Source: a virus. From it: a DNA stretch of 64,000 nucleotides. The stretch is taken from the IMG/VR virus record IMGVR_UViG_3300028394_000034. One strand, written 5' to 3'. Position 1 is the stretch's first letter; every line of letters begins with the position of its first letter. The translations under genes were made by a program, and so were the position numbers. Positions 19,401 to 29,400 of the stretch are shown here, in pieces. The notes beneath the pieces were generated by a model. It was given only the letters and a program-made list of their open reading frames with translations. It did not search any database and was not told where the DNA came from.

Positions 19401-22400
19401 TTTGATTACATAAGATATAATATTTGCAAAATGGAAATTGCTTCTTTTGAAAAATATAAAAAGGACCGAGCTAATCCATACTGGAGTTATAAAAATTGGA
19501 AATTTTTATTAGACAAAAGAGACGGGGAGTGTAATCTTGGTAATTTCGTTATTCCTTCTATTGATATTTCTAATTTAAGTGCTACTGATTATATCATAAC
19601 CGAAGTTTCTGGTATGGCAGAAGAGACACAGCTTCCTGGAACATATAATCAATTTGGTCTTCCATCTCCAAGTCGATTTATGCCTTTAAGTTATACTTGG
19701 ACTAATACACAAGCTAAAGATGCTTGGGGTAGTGGACTAGTTAATTTAAGTGGAAATCCAATTCCTGTTAAAAAACTTTATTTAACTACCAGTGTTGATG
19801 AAAAATTTGTTTATTTAGACCCAGAGAAGCTGGAAGGTCCAAGAATATTAATAGATTCACCAGGAATTAACTTAACAGCTAGCACAAGCTCAAACCAATA
19901 TGCTAAAGATCCAAATAGAACAGTAATTTCAAATATAGCTATTGAAGATTTGGCTATTTATTTGAAAAGCACAGAGGTTAGGTATTGGAACTTTGACAGA
20001 ATAGACTTATGGTTATATTATGTTGCTCCAGTAGCAGGTCCGAGAGGAGGAATAACTCCACTGAAGGGAAATCTTGCTGCTTCAGCTAATCGTGCTTCTA
20101 GTCATGTTGAAATAGCACCAAAAGCAGCTCATCCTTTTTTTGCTGGTATTCCATTAAGATCTAATCAATTTACATATGGTCCTTGGACCAATTATCCATA
20201 TGTAGAATATTTAATTAATCCAGAAAGCATATTGCCTAGCGGCGAAACAATTACATTAAGTAATGATATTAATCCAATTTGCTCTAGTAGTGGTCTAGAC
20301 GTATCAGCAGCAGCTGCTAAAAGAGCCATTAATAATTGGATAACTCCAACCTCAATAGAAGTTAGAGATGATTTTGTTCCATGGAATTATGGAGGCATTT
20401 CTTTTTTAGATAGAGTTGCTTTTAGTGAAATTCAAACCAAAATCAATTATCAAAATATTATTGAGACAGCACAATTGGAGATGCCCGGATTACCAATATT
20501 TAATCTTGGAGGATCTTTTTCTTATGGAAATTTTGCTTTTGTTCCAACAGGAGTTTATGCTCAAAAGTTTACTTATTTAGACAAGAAAAGACGAGCAGAT
20601 CCGTTAGCTGCTTTGCCTTCTAATTTAGCAAGACTATATAGTGGAGTAATTTCTACAACAGGAATAGACGTTATTGAATATAAAACTATTGCTCTAGCAT
20701 TAGATAATAGTTCTAATAGCGGTCCTATTATTACTAATATACAAACTAATATAGGACAAGGAGGGATATCTACAACATACTCATTTAGAACATATACTCG
20801 TAAACTTGGGTTGTTTAATAAAGAAAATAGTGATCGAATTAAAAAATTGGCTGCTGATAATATTAAAAGAAGTAAACAAATTTCTAGTTTGGCTCAACAA
20901 TCAACAAATATTATCAATACACAGTCTAAGTTTTTAGAAGAGCAAAGATTAGCCAAGGCTAATTTTAGTGGTAAAGACTTAAGAAGCAAACTATTTGGTT
21001 GGAGTCCTTCAACAGTATTAATAGGCCAATCACATCCATATATAGAGTACCTTGAACCACCAACACCAACAAATACCGATATCATTGTTCCAAGAGAATT
21101 AACTAGAACATATTTAAGTAAAAGTCCTCCTCAGATACAACCTGAGATAACAATAAAAGCTTGGGCATCTGGAATTGAGGATAAAGCATTAATTGGAAAA
21201 GGAGAATTATTACTCACGTTGGAAGTACTCGGAGATAATTTCCCCGTTGTTAACGGAGAAAAACAAAAAATAGCAATAAGAGCTGAAAGACAAGGAGTAT
21301 TTAATGGAAATAGATTGAAAGAAGATGGGGAGACTGTAGTTGCTGGAGATAAATTAGGATCACTAGTAGACGCATTAACATTACCAACAGGATTAGATCC
21401 TGGAGATGATGCCAAGACAAAAGATGCAGAACAGTATTTAACCGCTCAAGCTAGCATTGCCACATTAGCAAATACTCGTAGAGTTAAAACTAGTGTTGGT
21501 CTTTATGAGCTTAAAGAAGTAGAAGCTCAATTAAATAATGATCATGGTTTACAGTCAGTAATGAGTATTGATGGAATTTTTTCTCCAGTTTCTTTTTATC
21601 CAACTCTTAAAGATAGTACATATAGCTTTAGTGTTTATGATACTGATAAGTGTCCGTTCTGTACTGGAACCAAAAAGATTAATTTTTTCGTTAATAAATA
21701 TTCATATAGACCAGTTGCTAGGGGAGATGGAACAACAGGATATATTAGTCTAGATGATGATAAATATTTATACTGTGATAAATGTGGAACTCCAGATGAA
21801 AAACTTAACGTTAAACTTAAAGGAAGCGTAACTTCAGTATCTTCTGTACAGTCTATTGAAAGTTTACCTCCTTATATCATAACAAATTCAACAGACATTG
21901 GTACTTTATTAGAATTTAATTCTAATATTGGATCAACAGTATCAATTAGCACAACACAAGCAGCAAGTACCAGTTCAGCTTCGTCCTCAGCAGCAGGAGT
22001 TTCTATTCCAATTAATTTGGTAAGTTTAAATCCTATTGTTGTTCCTTATAGTGAATTTAAAAACCCCAATACTCAATCTTATAGTGGAATTTATCCATAT
22101 GCTCCTAATAGTGGTATTCATGGAGTTCTTTCTGGAAAACCCGGATCAGCATATGAGTCAACTAGTAGGCCTTTTTATGACAGAATGAGACATAGTATTG
22201 AAATTGTCGGTAGAGGAGCTGTGAATCCTGGAGAGGTAACAACTGGAGGAGTAGAAACGGACACTATTCTTCATAATAATTTAACAAAGTATAAAGATGG
22301 AAGAAATATAGATTTTTATCATAGAGATCTTCATCTTCAAGCAGAAAGAAAAAAGAGAGAAAATATTGATGTAAATTATATGATGAATCAAAGATTCCTT

Positions 22401-23435
22401 GGATTAAGGGGGCCTTTGGTTCTTCATGGTTGGGGATATGATTTAGAAGGATATCCTGTTCCTAATGCTGCTGATGAACCAGCTGATATTGATACCTGGG
22501 GAAGACCAAAAAGATTTAAGATTAAAGTGACAGAAACACCTAATTTAAAATATCCAGATATTAAAATTAATGAGTTTTTCAAAACCTCCAATGATCCAAA
22601 AGTATACTGTAAGACTATTGATTTTGTGATTCCTAAAGATAGTAACAATAATCCTTTATTCAACGACACTACTGCACTAATAAAATTAGTATACGCAGAT
22701 GATCTAACTGTTCCCGGAGGATTTATGGACAATGATGCTCCAACTGGGGCAGAAACATATAAAAATGATAGAACAGTTGGTTATCAAGGTAGTATTATTA
22801 GTAAAACTCAAAAATTTACTCCTACAGACCCAAATAATCCAACTGGAGCAGGAAAGTGGTCGGCTAAAAAGAAGTTGGGTCAGTTTTATTTAAACTGGGC
22901 AGAACGAACTGATCTTTGGCCTGTTGGACCGATAGATTTAAGATGGGACGAAAGTCGTAAAGTGTGGGCCACAAAGTCTGATTCTGCTGCTAGCATATAC
23001 AAAATGGTATACGTCACTTTAGAAGAAGATTTAGTAAAAGATGAAAATATGGACGAGACTTATCCTACCAGAGGATTTTTGGATGACTTAGAATATTCAA
23101 CGGACCCACTGGAAGCTGGATATAGGAGATTGGTGTATGTAAAAGACAAAGTAGGATATACTGCTCCAAGAGGAGCAAAAATATTATGTAGATACGATAA
23201 AGATGCTGGATTTTATGAGCCAGTCAGCAAGCCTTCATATGTGGCCAAAGGAACAATTACTCCTGGATCATCACAAGCAAATATAGAAATGACATTTGTT
23301 CAAGGAAAGAAGAGGGGAGAATCCGCACCAACAATGTTAGTTAATTTTGATAATCCTTTTTCTCTATCTACTATTGGAGGAATTGGATTATTTACTTTTA
23401 TTAATGGAAAATGGACATTAACAGCAAGTAGCTAA
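16470..23435 (+). CDS. Giant putative tail/baseplate hub-like protein (2321 aa)
   Basis: Uninterrupted ORF coupled to its neighbours; N-terminal LFLGASVSSFN..VGWG...LTVNL segment; CxxC pairs (CPFC, CDKC); no enzyme motif recognised. Confidence 0.55.
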   Translation: MPTQPCTYDKLIAQTLFLGASVSSFNTSVGWGSQASQLTVNLIEDNESVPNCLHPSGNADPSYLSQQFGNGNIIPNLIQADTGQDYARFSDNHYEDCVGNACYVNTYGEPFTSTMRLEDRMIPGKVYYRFPGGIGNGSILQTATAAATYGLRKPALQSQYWYNPDPGFFGVPNRINPDNSYLRQYSGTALNNGYDIIDTPVIFKMGDFSFGGVVQSWNKNLSAGGRSYSVVINSMTSVLNNCYIILSQYAGSLYSKLHSATFNIDLTRTEVNSIFGGPRNYTGHASGNIDYFGQIYEGNLPNVFNVYGFLESMGMDHFGGSRSTSDGISANSVLDALSVLTSTFPSDDGGGPLLTYRAGNSLVDSHGEVGKRTAFSPFGRIITKCMQENDTYTQITSAFNRFGVIPPTTVLNDETNTSVSQSAKSDRCQFVLDLSEIPRLPNDFRVPGPVISITDLINLVTEQMGCDYYVDLVPLSINDILYNVIKIKIISRLKQPRQNEISNTIKKLQCAGYAISSATTGKEKNETNARSMIVGGPQQRLYQAKSYRLAYTQNNFIFNPRTYQFVDYMQLGTFDALNNMTRSTHITGRKQFHYGKIKTPTAFSVRNKQLSDIINPAYSGLYKHEEEVKKIIPGITYDFSTKDPKWSDRNQILGNQSSKLTGNYAEGIIVKQEEVGANAEDVSTWGDARNQRYFPIHRDVICPFFGFVMENELQLNTSGDNNDFRRIRPVWFDTWTGQIVVVLRVDELPVTSANLEGIYGSGTKYFLLTESEIRAAIAGFDNFVVYCLSKDYKPDLIEMLRNAYVIKTAKQLKIANPSWSSSYAWKAAEDEHNWYWNLMNGNISGPFGNSIRVVPDKSDGSSKLGEEVTMDLQILHSFINDIAKYYGKKYMVMAPMVKSYRDDSFADIVLPTQAGDAYVFSGGGSLHYNYQPTNDGAWEEPGNIIDDSIAVGSKNGFALSDDSGKIKPILGYNASETFDYIRYNICKMEIASFEKYKKDRANPYWSYKNWKFLLDKRDGECNLGNFVIPSIDISNLSATDYIITEVSGMAEETQLPGTYNQFGLPSPSRFMPLSYTWTNTQAKDAWGSGLVNLSGNPIPVKKLYLTTSVDEKFVYLDPEKLEGPRILIDSPGINLTASTSSNQYAKDPNRTVISNIAIEDLAIYLKSTEVRYWNFDRIDLWLYYVAPVAGPRGGITPLKGNLAASANRASSHVEIAPKAAHPFFAGIPLRSNQFTYGPWTNYPYVEYLINPESILPSGETITLSNDINPICSSSGLDVSAAAAKRAINNWITPTSIEVRDDFVPWNYGGISFLDRVAFSEIQTKINYQNIIETAQLEMPGLPIFNLGGSFSYGNFAFVPTGVYAQKFTYLDKKRRADPLAALPSNLARLYSGVISTTGIDVIEYKTIALALDNSSNSGPIITNIQTNIGQGGISTTYSFRTYTRKLGLFNKENSDRIKKLAADNIKRSKQISSLAQQSTNIINTQSKFLEEQRLAKANFSGKDLRSKLFGWSPSTVLIGQSHPYIEYLEPPTPTNTDIIVPRELTRTYLSKSPPQIQPEITIKAWASGIEDKALIGKGELLLTLEVLGDNFPVVNGEKQKIAIRAERQGVFNGNRLKEDGETVVAGDKLGSLVDALTLPTGLDPGDDAKTKDAEQYLTAQASIATLANTRRVKTSVGLYELKEVEAQLNNDHGLQSVMSIDGIFSPVSFYPTLKDSTYSFSVYDTDKCPFCTGTKKINFFVNKYSYRPVARGDGTTGYISLDDDKYLYCDKCGTPDEKLNVKLKGSVTSVSSVQSIESLPPYIITNSTDIGTLLEFNSNIGSTVSISTTQAASTSSASSSAAGVSIPINLVSLNPIVVPYSEFKNPNTQSYSGIYPYAPNSGIHGVLSGKPGSAYESTSRPFYDRMRHSIEIVGRGAVNPGEVTTGGVETDTILHNNLTKYKDGRNIDFYHRDLHLQAERKKRENIDVNYMMNQRFLGLRGPLVLHGWGYDLEGYPVPNAADEPADIDTWGRPKRFKIKVTETPNLKYPDIKINEFFKTSNDPKVYCKTIDFVIPKDSNNNPLFNDTTALIKLVYADDLTVPGGFMDNDAPTGAETYKNDRTVGYQGSIISKTQKFTPTDPNNPTGAGKWSAKKKLGQFYLNWAERTDLWPVGPIDLRWDESRKVWATKSDSAASIYKMVYVTLEEDLVKDENMDETYPTRGFLDDLEYSTDPLEAGYRRLVYVKDKVGYTAPRGAKILCRYDKDAGFYEPVSKPSYVAKGTITPGSSQANIEMTFVQGKKRGESAPTMLVNFDNPFSLSTIGGIGLFTFINGKWTLTASS

Positions 23436-23437
23436 TT

Positions 23438-26400
23438 ATGTACTCGATAAACAATACTAAAAAATGTTCTATTTTTAGCAAATCTCTGTATCAGGATTTG
23501 GAACCCTATAATATAATGGATGAGGTTTCATCATTTAATGATACTTCTTTACCTGATCAAATTAGCAGCACTTCCAAAGCTTACTTGTTTTTTAAATATC
23601 AGTCCGGATATTCTGCTCGTTGTGATATATCTAAAAATTATTTAATAGATATGATAGATAGTTCTATCTCTTATGATATTTGGACACCAGCAATAATAAC
23701 TCCAGAAGATATAACAAGAATAAAGAGTCCGATTTTAAATAAAAGAAATATAAGAGATCCTATTCTAGGAATAAGTGATTTTATTCAATTTGAGCCTAGA
23801 TTCCAAAATTGGTGGATCACCAAACCTAATGATACTAATCGTTTTCAAAATCATGAGATAACTAATAGTGATCCCAGGCCGGTTGGTAAAATGACAGCAA
23901 GTTGGGATATTAGTTCTTCTTTTCCAACAAAACTAGCAGAGTATGGGATCTTATTCTGGTATAAAAAAACATCCAATGGCGCTGATTTTAGTTCAAATAA
24001 TATTAGAAGATCCATATCTAAAGAATTTTTATTATCAGAGCTACCAGTTAATTCTGTTGTTAGGTCCAAAAAACCACTAACGTACTCAGATGGTTCTCAA
24101 TCAATAACTGCTAATACTATCTTAATAAAAATAACAGATACTATCTTGAAAAGAACAGATAGAGACGCTAGTTTAATAACTAGTAACGATACAGTATTTA
24201 ATGGGGAAAGTGAAATATTTGATTTATCTAAAGTAAATACTACTAATGATCCGACAAATAATCCTCCTAAATTTTATCTTTATAAGAACAACGTTATAAA
24301 AAATAATTTTCTCTTTGATATATGGATTAGTGATGGTGAATGTTTTTCTTATTATGATAATATTATCGATAAAAGAAGATCAAAATTAAAACAACAACAA
24401 TCAAAAACATATCTATCTCCAGCTTTATTCAATATCTATAGAGAAATATATAATACATTAACTTTAAGAAGAATTAAAAGTAATTCTGGATTGAATAAGA
24501 CTAAAAGTTTAAATTTTCAAAAACTTTGTTATTTCCTAAGTTCTTCTCCATTAATAGATCGAACAACTATAGATCTTTTAGATACTGAAGAAATTTATAA
24601 TAGAGTTCAAGAATATATTAATATAAACCCAATTCCACAGAATAGAGCAACAGAAATAACTAAACTCAAAGAAATTCTTAATTTTATATTGAGTAAGTAT
24701 GCTAAATTTAATTTTTACTTTAGCAAACAAAATATTTCTGGAAATTATATACAAAGCTATACTGCTCTTACTCAAAAAATCTTAAATAAGTATCCTGTTC
24801 AATTATCTATTGGTGATCTGAGCGAAACAGACTCTTCTAAGATTTATAATAATGGACTTGTTTTAACATATAAAAAACCCCTAGCTAATGGCCCTCATGC
24901 TCTTATTGGAGTAAATAGTACCTCTTTATACAATAATTCTATTGAAGCAGAAGATATAGCTCTTGGAAAACAACCAAATACTATATTCTATAATAATCAC
25001 AAAATAGAAATTGGTAATTTCACTTACGAAACAGATATTAGCTCAACAGGATCCATATCAAGATTCAAAACTTATGATCCAACAAGTGATACTCCCAATA
25101 TTCTGGCAACTTCTGATTTGCCATTTGCAGATATTTCTTTGACTAGAGATGAACCCGCTCCATTTTATTTGGGAAGCGGAATTTATAAACAGTTTTTATC
25201 AACAGATAGAGAAATATCTATTCCTGGTACTGATATAAACCAAGATAGTAATCCTGATTTTTCTTATAGCTGGGAACAAACTGGAGGATCGCAATGTTTA
25301 AGATTCCAAGATTTTAGTAGAAATCCAAATAGACAAAAGAGATATCCTGATTCTTTAGACTCATCTCCAGTAGTCTATATTAGAAGCTCAGGAACCTATG
25401 AGCTTAAATGTACAAGATCTTTAAATGGACTAATACAATCAGATACCATTAAAATTACCAATGACCCCAACGAACAACTAGACCCAGATATTGATCTGCA
25501 AAATAATCCTATTACAGTTCTGAAAAATAATAAGAATATTTTTTCTAACATTAAACAAATAGCTTTTAATAAAAGGGGCTTGGTTTGGTTTCTTGATTCA
25601 GAAAATTATATAGATACTCAAAATATCTATTATCAGCAAGAGGGTTATGGTCTTGGTATTTTCAAAATTAAGGATATAAAATTTGATTTTTTAAGTAATA
25701 ATAGATCAACAGACATTCCTGTTCAAGATAGCGATGCTGATCTAAAACTATATTTTATTCCAGGAAAGTATACAGAGATTCTATTAAACTATATTGATTT
25801 ACAGAACATGAGAGATTCTGATTATGATTTTGGTCAATGTCAATCATTTTTTCGTCATAAAATTTCTCATGAAAGTGCAAAGCCATTTGATGTAATTTTA
25901 GGAAATAGTGATTTTAACCGATCTTATAGAGATAGCTATGATTTTTACTATCATACATTGGCTGGCTATGATCGTAATAGAAAAATAACATATCAAGAAC
26001 CAGAGATTTCTACAGCATTTGCTCCTTCTATCAAAGCTTATGGAGGATATAAAAAAGCAGTTATTGATACTATAGGCATCAAAATGTCGGGACATCCCGA
26101 ACCATGTGATAACATTGAGTCTATTATGCCTACTCTTTGGACTAGGAATAGTGTAAATAAACCTTCTGTGGAAAGTTCTAGTGGGATATATTGTCACTTA
26201 AGAGAGGTTCTTCCTACTGGAAATGGAACAACTATTAATTTCTCTAGAGGACTATTCGTTCCACAGTCTGGATGGATACCATATAGTAGTAGTTATTATC
26301 CTAGAAATAATGGAGTTAAAATTAGTGGAACAACTTATATTGGAGATGATTATCATATATTTAGTGCTTACCATTCAACTTCTTTAACTTTTAAAGGACC

Positions 26401-29400
26401 AGGATTAGTAGATATTAGACCATCACTTACTAGTTCTTCTAATATTTATCAAAGTAGAATATATGTTACTTCAGATACTACGATACCAATATCTGTAGAT
26501 CGTAGATATGGATATAAGAATCTTTTAACGTTTGATGAGCCTAATTTTATTACAGAAGATATTAGGAATCAATGGTCAGTTAATGGTGAGGTTGATGAAT
26601 TTACTGGAACTGAGAGTTGCGTACTACCAACAAAGAAATACATCTTTCCCACAGATATTACAGATAATACTACAATCAGAGATATAGAAATTAAAATTAA
26701 TTTTTTAAACTATCCTAATCCTAAAAATTTGATAATTTGGTTAGATGTTAAAAATCCCAAAATGCCTCGTGAGGGGTCTTCCTATAGAGATTCTATTAAT
26801 AATCCAGATTTAACTAAGTTTATTTCTGATGTTGAAAATCTCAATACTACTACATCTCCAGATACTCTAAGACTATATCTATTAAATCAAGAGAATATAG
26901 CAAATTACAAATATAATTTTAGCTTTAAGTTCTCAGACTTTGCAAACAAATTTATTTCTCCAGATAATAATACTTCTAATTCTTTAGGATATTTAAGTCC
27001 TAATAATGAAACCTTAAAAGATAAAGAACTATGTCTACCCTCATTAGCTTGTTCTGGATATAATGATATAGAAATTTCTAAATACAAAAATGCTATAAAA
27101 ATCAATCAATTAAATCAAATCAAAAATAGCTTGGGCAAATTTTATAATGTCCCACTTAAAAATACTCAATTTATACTAAATATTGCTGTTGTAGACTCTA
27201 TATCTCATGAAATATCAGTATTAGATAATTTGTATATTAATGATTTAGTATCTGGTCTACAAAAAACTGAGAAAGTAGAGAAGTCTAATGCTTTATCAAA
27301 TAGTATATGCAGTTGGGAAGTAATAATTAATGCGGATGATCGACGTTCTACTATTCAGAATAAATCTGATGTTTTGGGAAAAATTGATTATAATCTTGTT
27401 AATATGCCATTTTATTTACCAACTATTCAAGATAGTATAATACCATATACTAACTCTATTGGTTTTCAGTTTATTGGTGATTTTACCAATAAGAATTATT
27501 TAATTCCACAAGCTAATATTAATGCTCCTTATCATTATTTTGCTAATACTAGCTCTTGTATATATGATGATGATGAGTTAACTAAAAATATAACTTATGT
27601 ACCACCTACTTTTCCTAGTTTAATTCCTTATTTATTAATGCCTATAGTTTTTGGTGGCCTGATGACAGGAGCTGGTTTGGCCGGTAGTATGGTTACAATG
27701 GAATTAATGGCAAGTTTGTATGGTACTGGAGGAAGAAATGATCCAATCATAAATTATTTCATTGAAACCAAATTATCTAATCAAACTCAAGCTCTTAATT
27801 CACAAGTTTACAAGCCAGTATATAGGAAGCAAAATTTTGGATCTGCTGAAAGAGCGATTATTTGTGCTAGCAATGATGGAGCTATTTGGTGGAAGTTTGA
27901 AACTCCAATTTTTAGATATACAAATACTCCAATTCTTAAAAAGAATGTATACAAATATATTAGACTAGATTCTGATATAGCTGAAAAAATATCTCCATCG
28001 CTCAAAAATAATAGTATTTCGAATTTTTCTTTTTCTCTTCTAGCTTCTCCTACTGGTACTGATTTAGAAGTAGCCAAAGGCATGACCTCTGCTAGTGGTT
28101 TAAAATTAGCTCAAAGTATAACTTCTACTACTGGAAATATATCATTAGTAGGTATTCAAACAATAAATAATATTATCCTTAAAAAAGACAATTTAATATC
28201 TGTTGAAAAACAAACTAATAAAGATGAAAATGGATATTATTTTGTTAAAGAAAATGCTTGGATAAAGGGTCCTAACCAAGATTCTTTAGAATTTTTACAA
28301 TATAATAATGTTGATAGAGATTTTACCTCAGAATGTTTTAAAGATAATAAATCTATAGTTATTAATGGCATAAGACCATATCGTTTTTTTGATGTTAATG
28401 AGACTATTGGTTTTAATATTGATGGGACTAAATCTACTAAAAAAATATTAGGAAAATCTTATTTTTTAACTAAGAACGGAATAAAAACAATTTTACAAGT
28501 AGACTCTGAACTTAAAGATAAGGATGAAAAACCTATCCCCTCTGGTTTTGTTTATTTGGATGGACCTTCTAGTGTTATCTGGCTTTATAAAGATGATAGA
28601 ACAACAGTCTCTGATAATGATATTAATAAATGGACTTTTTATAAGAGCTCTTCTGAAAAAATAGTTAATAAAGATCCTGAAAGCCATTTTTCAGCCTATG
28701 GAGAAGGTTCTATTGGTGCTGGTACTAATCTAACAACTGCCGATACTCTATATAAGATTGGTTTAAAAGATAATAAATTATTAGATACTCAAGAAATGAT
28801 AAATAATCAGATTTCTGATACAATCTTAACATATCAACTTATACGAGCAGATATTGGTCAGGATATAGATAATGAAAATATTTCTGATAGTAATAGAGCA
28901 ATAATAGGACAAGGAAATTTTAAAGGATGGTCTTATTCTTCTGATGATTATGTTTATAAATTTGATAATGAAAATTATAATCTAATAACAAATGAAGCTG
29001 ATGATAGTGTTAATGTCCAAAAGCTAAAGAGTGCTTTGGGTATTGGTTCCATGATTAAAAATAGAAAAGACAATACTTATATAGAATTAAAATACTCTGA
29101 GTTTAAAACTGATTTTGTTGGACTTTCTGGACAAATAAAAATATTTGATGATTTTTTAAATACTACTTCTATCAAGTTTAATCAGGAAGATATAAATAGG
29201 ATTAGATCAAGATTAAGTTTTATTCAAGAAGTTGATGCTGATCATGTCTCTATTAAAATTACAGGAATTGATCAAGTTGAATATGCTATGGGTATTAATT
29301 CATTAATCTCTTATTATGATGAGTTACAAGCAGATGATAATATATGCTTTAGTCGTGGATATCCTATAACTACTGGTTGTCCAAAGCAATATACTAAACA

